Assembly (NCBI GenBank): GCA_964016885.1
Contig: OZ024743.1
Span: 146,692,001 to 146,756,000 of the forward strand
DNA length: 64,000 nucleotides
Reading direction: 5' to 3'
From: Eledone cirrhosa
Lineage: Eukaryota
Part shown: in pieces, positions 62,329 to 64,000 of the stretch
Position numbering within the stretch: the first letter of the stretch is position 1
How the letters are laid out: each line of letters begins with the position of its first letter
Made by a program: the position numbers and the translations under genes
The notes under the pieces: generated by a model
The model's input: only the letters and a program-made list of their open reading frames with translations
What the model was told of the DNA's origin: nothing
Database searches by the model: none

Positions 62329-62849
62329 ATGTGTGTATGTGTGTGTGTGTGTATTAATAAGATAAATAAAGATGTCGTGTCTGATAAAATTACAGACACG
62401 CGCCATATCGCCTGCAAAGGAAGCTCAAAGTAAAAAAAAAATCCGAGCTCTTATTATAAATTAAAAAAAACGAATGACATATATAAACATATCAAACATT
62501 AAAACAGAAGATAATTTGCAAAGAATGTAAGAAAATATATTTACAAATGAGCAGTATATTGAAATTTAACAATAATATTAAACAGAAATATCTGACATTA
62601 GATAACTATTTTACTCTCTCGTAGATAATTCTTTTATGGCTACAGAAATATGTTTCACCTTTCAAATGGTGAAGTTCAATAGTCAGTCAGGATCATCGGT
62701 GAGAGAAAATCGAACTATATGAACTTACACAACTAAAGCAAATCTAAGGATTTCAGAAAATGCACATGTAGTTTCGAGAAAACCACTGCATCTCAGCTTT
62801 GTCCATATGATATAAATAGGTATGTTGATGGCTAAAAATAGTAGCCAAA

Positions 62850-63260
62850 AAAAAAACAATTCTACATCTAGGTCTGTAATTAAAACCCTGTTTTTGATCT
62901 TTCAAGGTGATATAACTTTATATTTAGCTAAGCTTTCAGTTCTTTTATTATCTTTAAGTATCTAGCGATGTATTTAGCTTCGTTATTAATATTATATGTA
63001 TTAGTTTTAGTTTTCTGATATATGTTAGTAATACTATTTAATAAGAGCTTATTATATTTATCTTTATCTACTTTGTATAAGTTTTTAGTTTTATCAGAGA
63101 AGACAAAAATAGTTCTAGACAATTCAATCTTATTAATATCATGCGAAAATTTAGTTTGGAAATTGTTATTGTACTCACGGAACTTATTATTATTCATTTG
63201 TAATAAATCTGCTTCGACAGAGGTAAGGCCTCTAACTCTACGAGGATATTTGATTGACAT
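62850..63260 (-). pseudogene. Penelope-like element RT N-terminal fragment
   Basis: FVFSDKTKNLYKV..KYNKLLLNSIT..YQK..INNEAK.IA..L followed by YITLKDQK, resembling the Penelope-like-element motifs ADKT and ITLKDHK. Confidence 0.7.
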
Positions 63261-63961
63261 GGTATTAAAATAAACTACAAACAGCTTGTGTCCTTCACCA
63301 CCCGGAAACTCATCTCCTCCTCTCCTCTACTCCTCTCACCATCACAAATCTTATAGTATGCATACATTACTTTCTTCCCGAGAAACATAAACCTAACAAT
63401 CCTGGCCGTCCTAATATTTTTGCTTGCAACACTGAAATATCTCTCAATAATTTGACACCCTCCTTGCCCTCTTTGTCACTAACTTCAACTTCCACATCCA
63501 CAACACTAATTATGTTCTTCGACTGTTCAACTTTCTCTCCTGGCCCTTCTCATCAGTCTTAACATTAATTTCATACATAGCAACTCTGTCACATTTGATC
63601 ACCACTGTAATGTTGGATAAATATGATTGACTTGAAGTGCCATTATCTGCTTACCCCTGTTTATCAACAACATATCGTGACACAACTCTTGCAGTGAAGC
63701 ATCCAGTCCACACTGTAAAGTGGTCGTATTGGTGACAACAAAAAACGCCCAGTTCACACTGTATATTGGTCATTTTGGTTCCACAATAAAAAGCATCCAG
63801 TCCACATTGTAAATGTGGCTGGCATTAGGGTGGTCATCCAGCCATAGAAACCAAGCCAGAAACAGTCCTGTATGAGCAAAATACGGTCATCTGATCTGAC
63901 TTGTGTCACTATGGGACAACTTGACTAACCCATGATAGAGTGGAAAAAGGGACGTTAAACG

Positions 63962-64000
<39 letters not shown>

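Noticed and set aside
62625-62819. Apparent AG...GT-bounded host exon
   Set aside because: There are stops in all three frames; it is better explained as part of the minus-strand Penelope-like relic.

Overview
AT-rich, microsatellite-dense animal genomic DNA. I found no supportable host exon. The repeat content resembles a cephalopod (octopus-like) genome, which is my inference. The centrepiece is a 15.6-kb pile of non-LTR retrotransposons bounded by (ATT)n/(AAT)n tracts (31595-47195). It contains two complete, open-frame, head-to-tail copies of a Tx1-clade LINE (ORF1 with CCHC knuckle; ORF2 with APE endonuclease, RT and CCHC), a 5'-truncated R4/Dong-type (restriction-like endonuclease) element in the opposite orientation, and two decayed Tx1-family relatives whose 5' ends also abut (ATT)n. 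A six-copy array of a tRNA-derived SINE follows. That SINE's last 22 nt match the Tx1 3' end, and its target-site duplications (TSDs) elsewhere in the window begin with ATT or TT, suggesting an ATT-targeting Tx1 LINE/SINE pair. Also present: RTE-clade fragments (one with a PHD finger inside the RT region) whose 3' stubs recur in (TA)n tracts, a second decayed Dong-like element, a Penelope-like RT fragment, several candidate type-I hammerhead ribozymes (four within 1 kb) and long inverted repeats. All family assignments come from motif recognition by eye; no database search was run.
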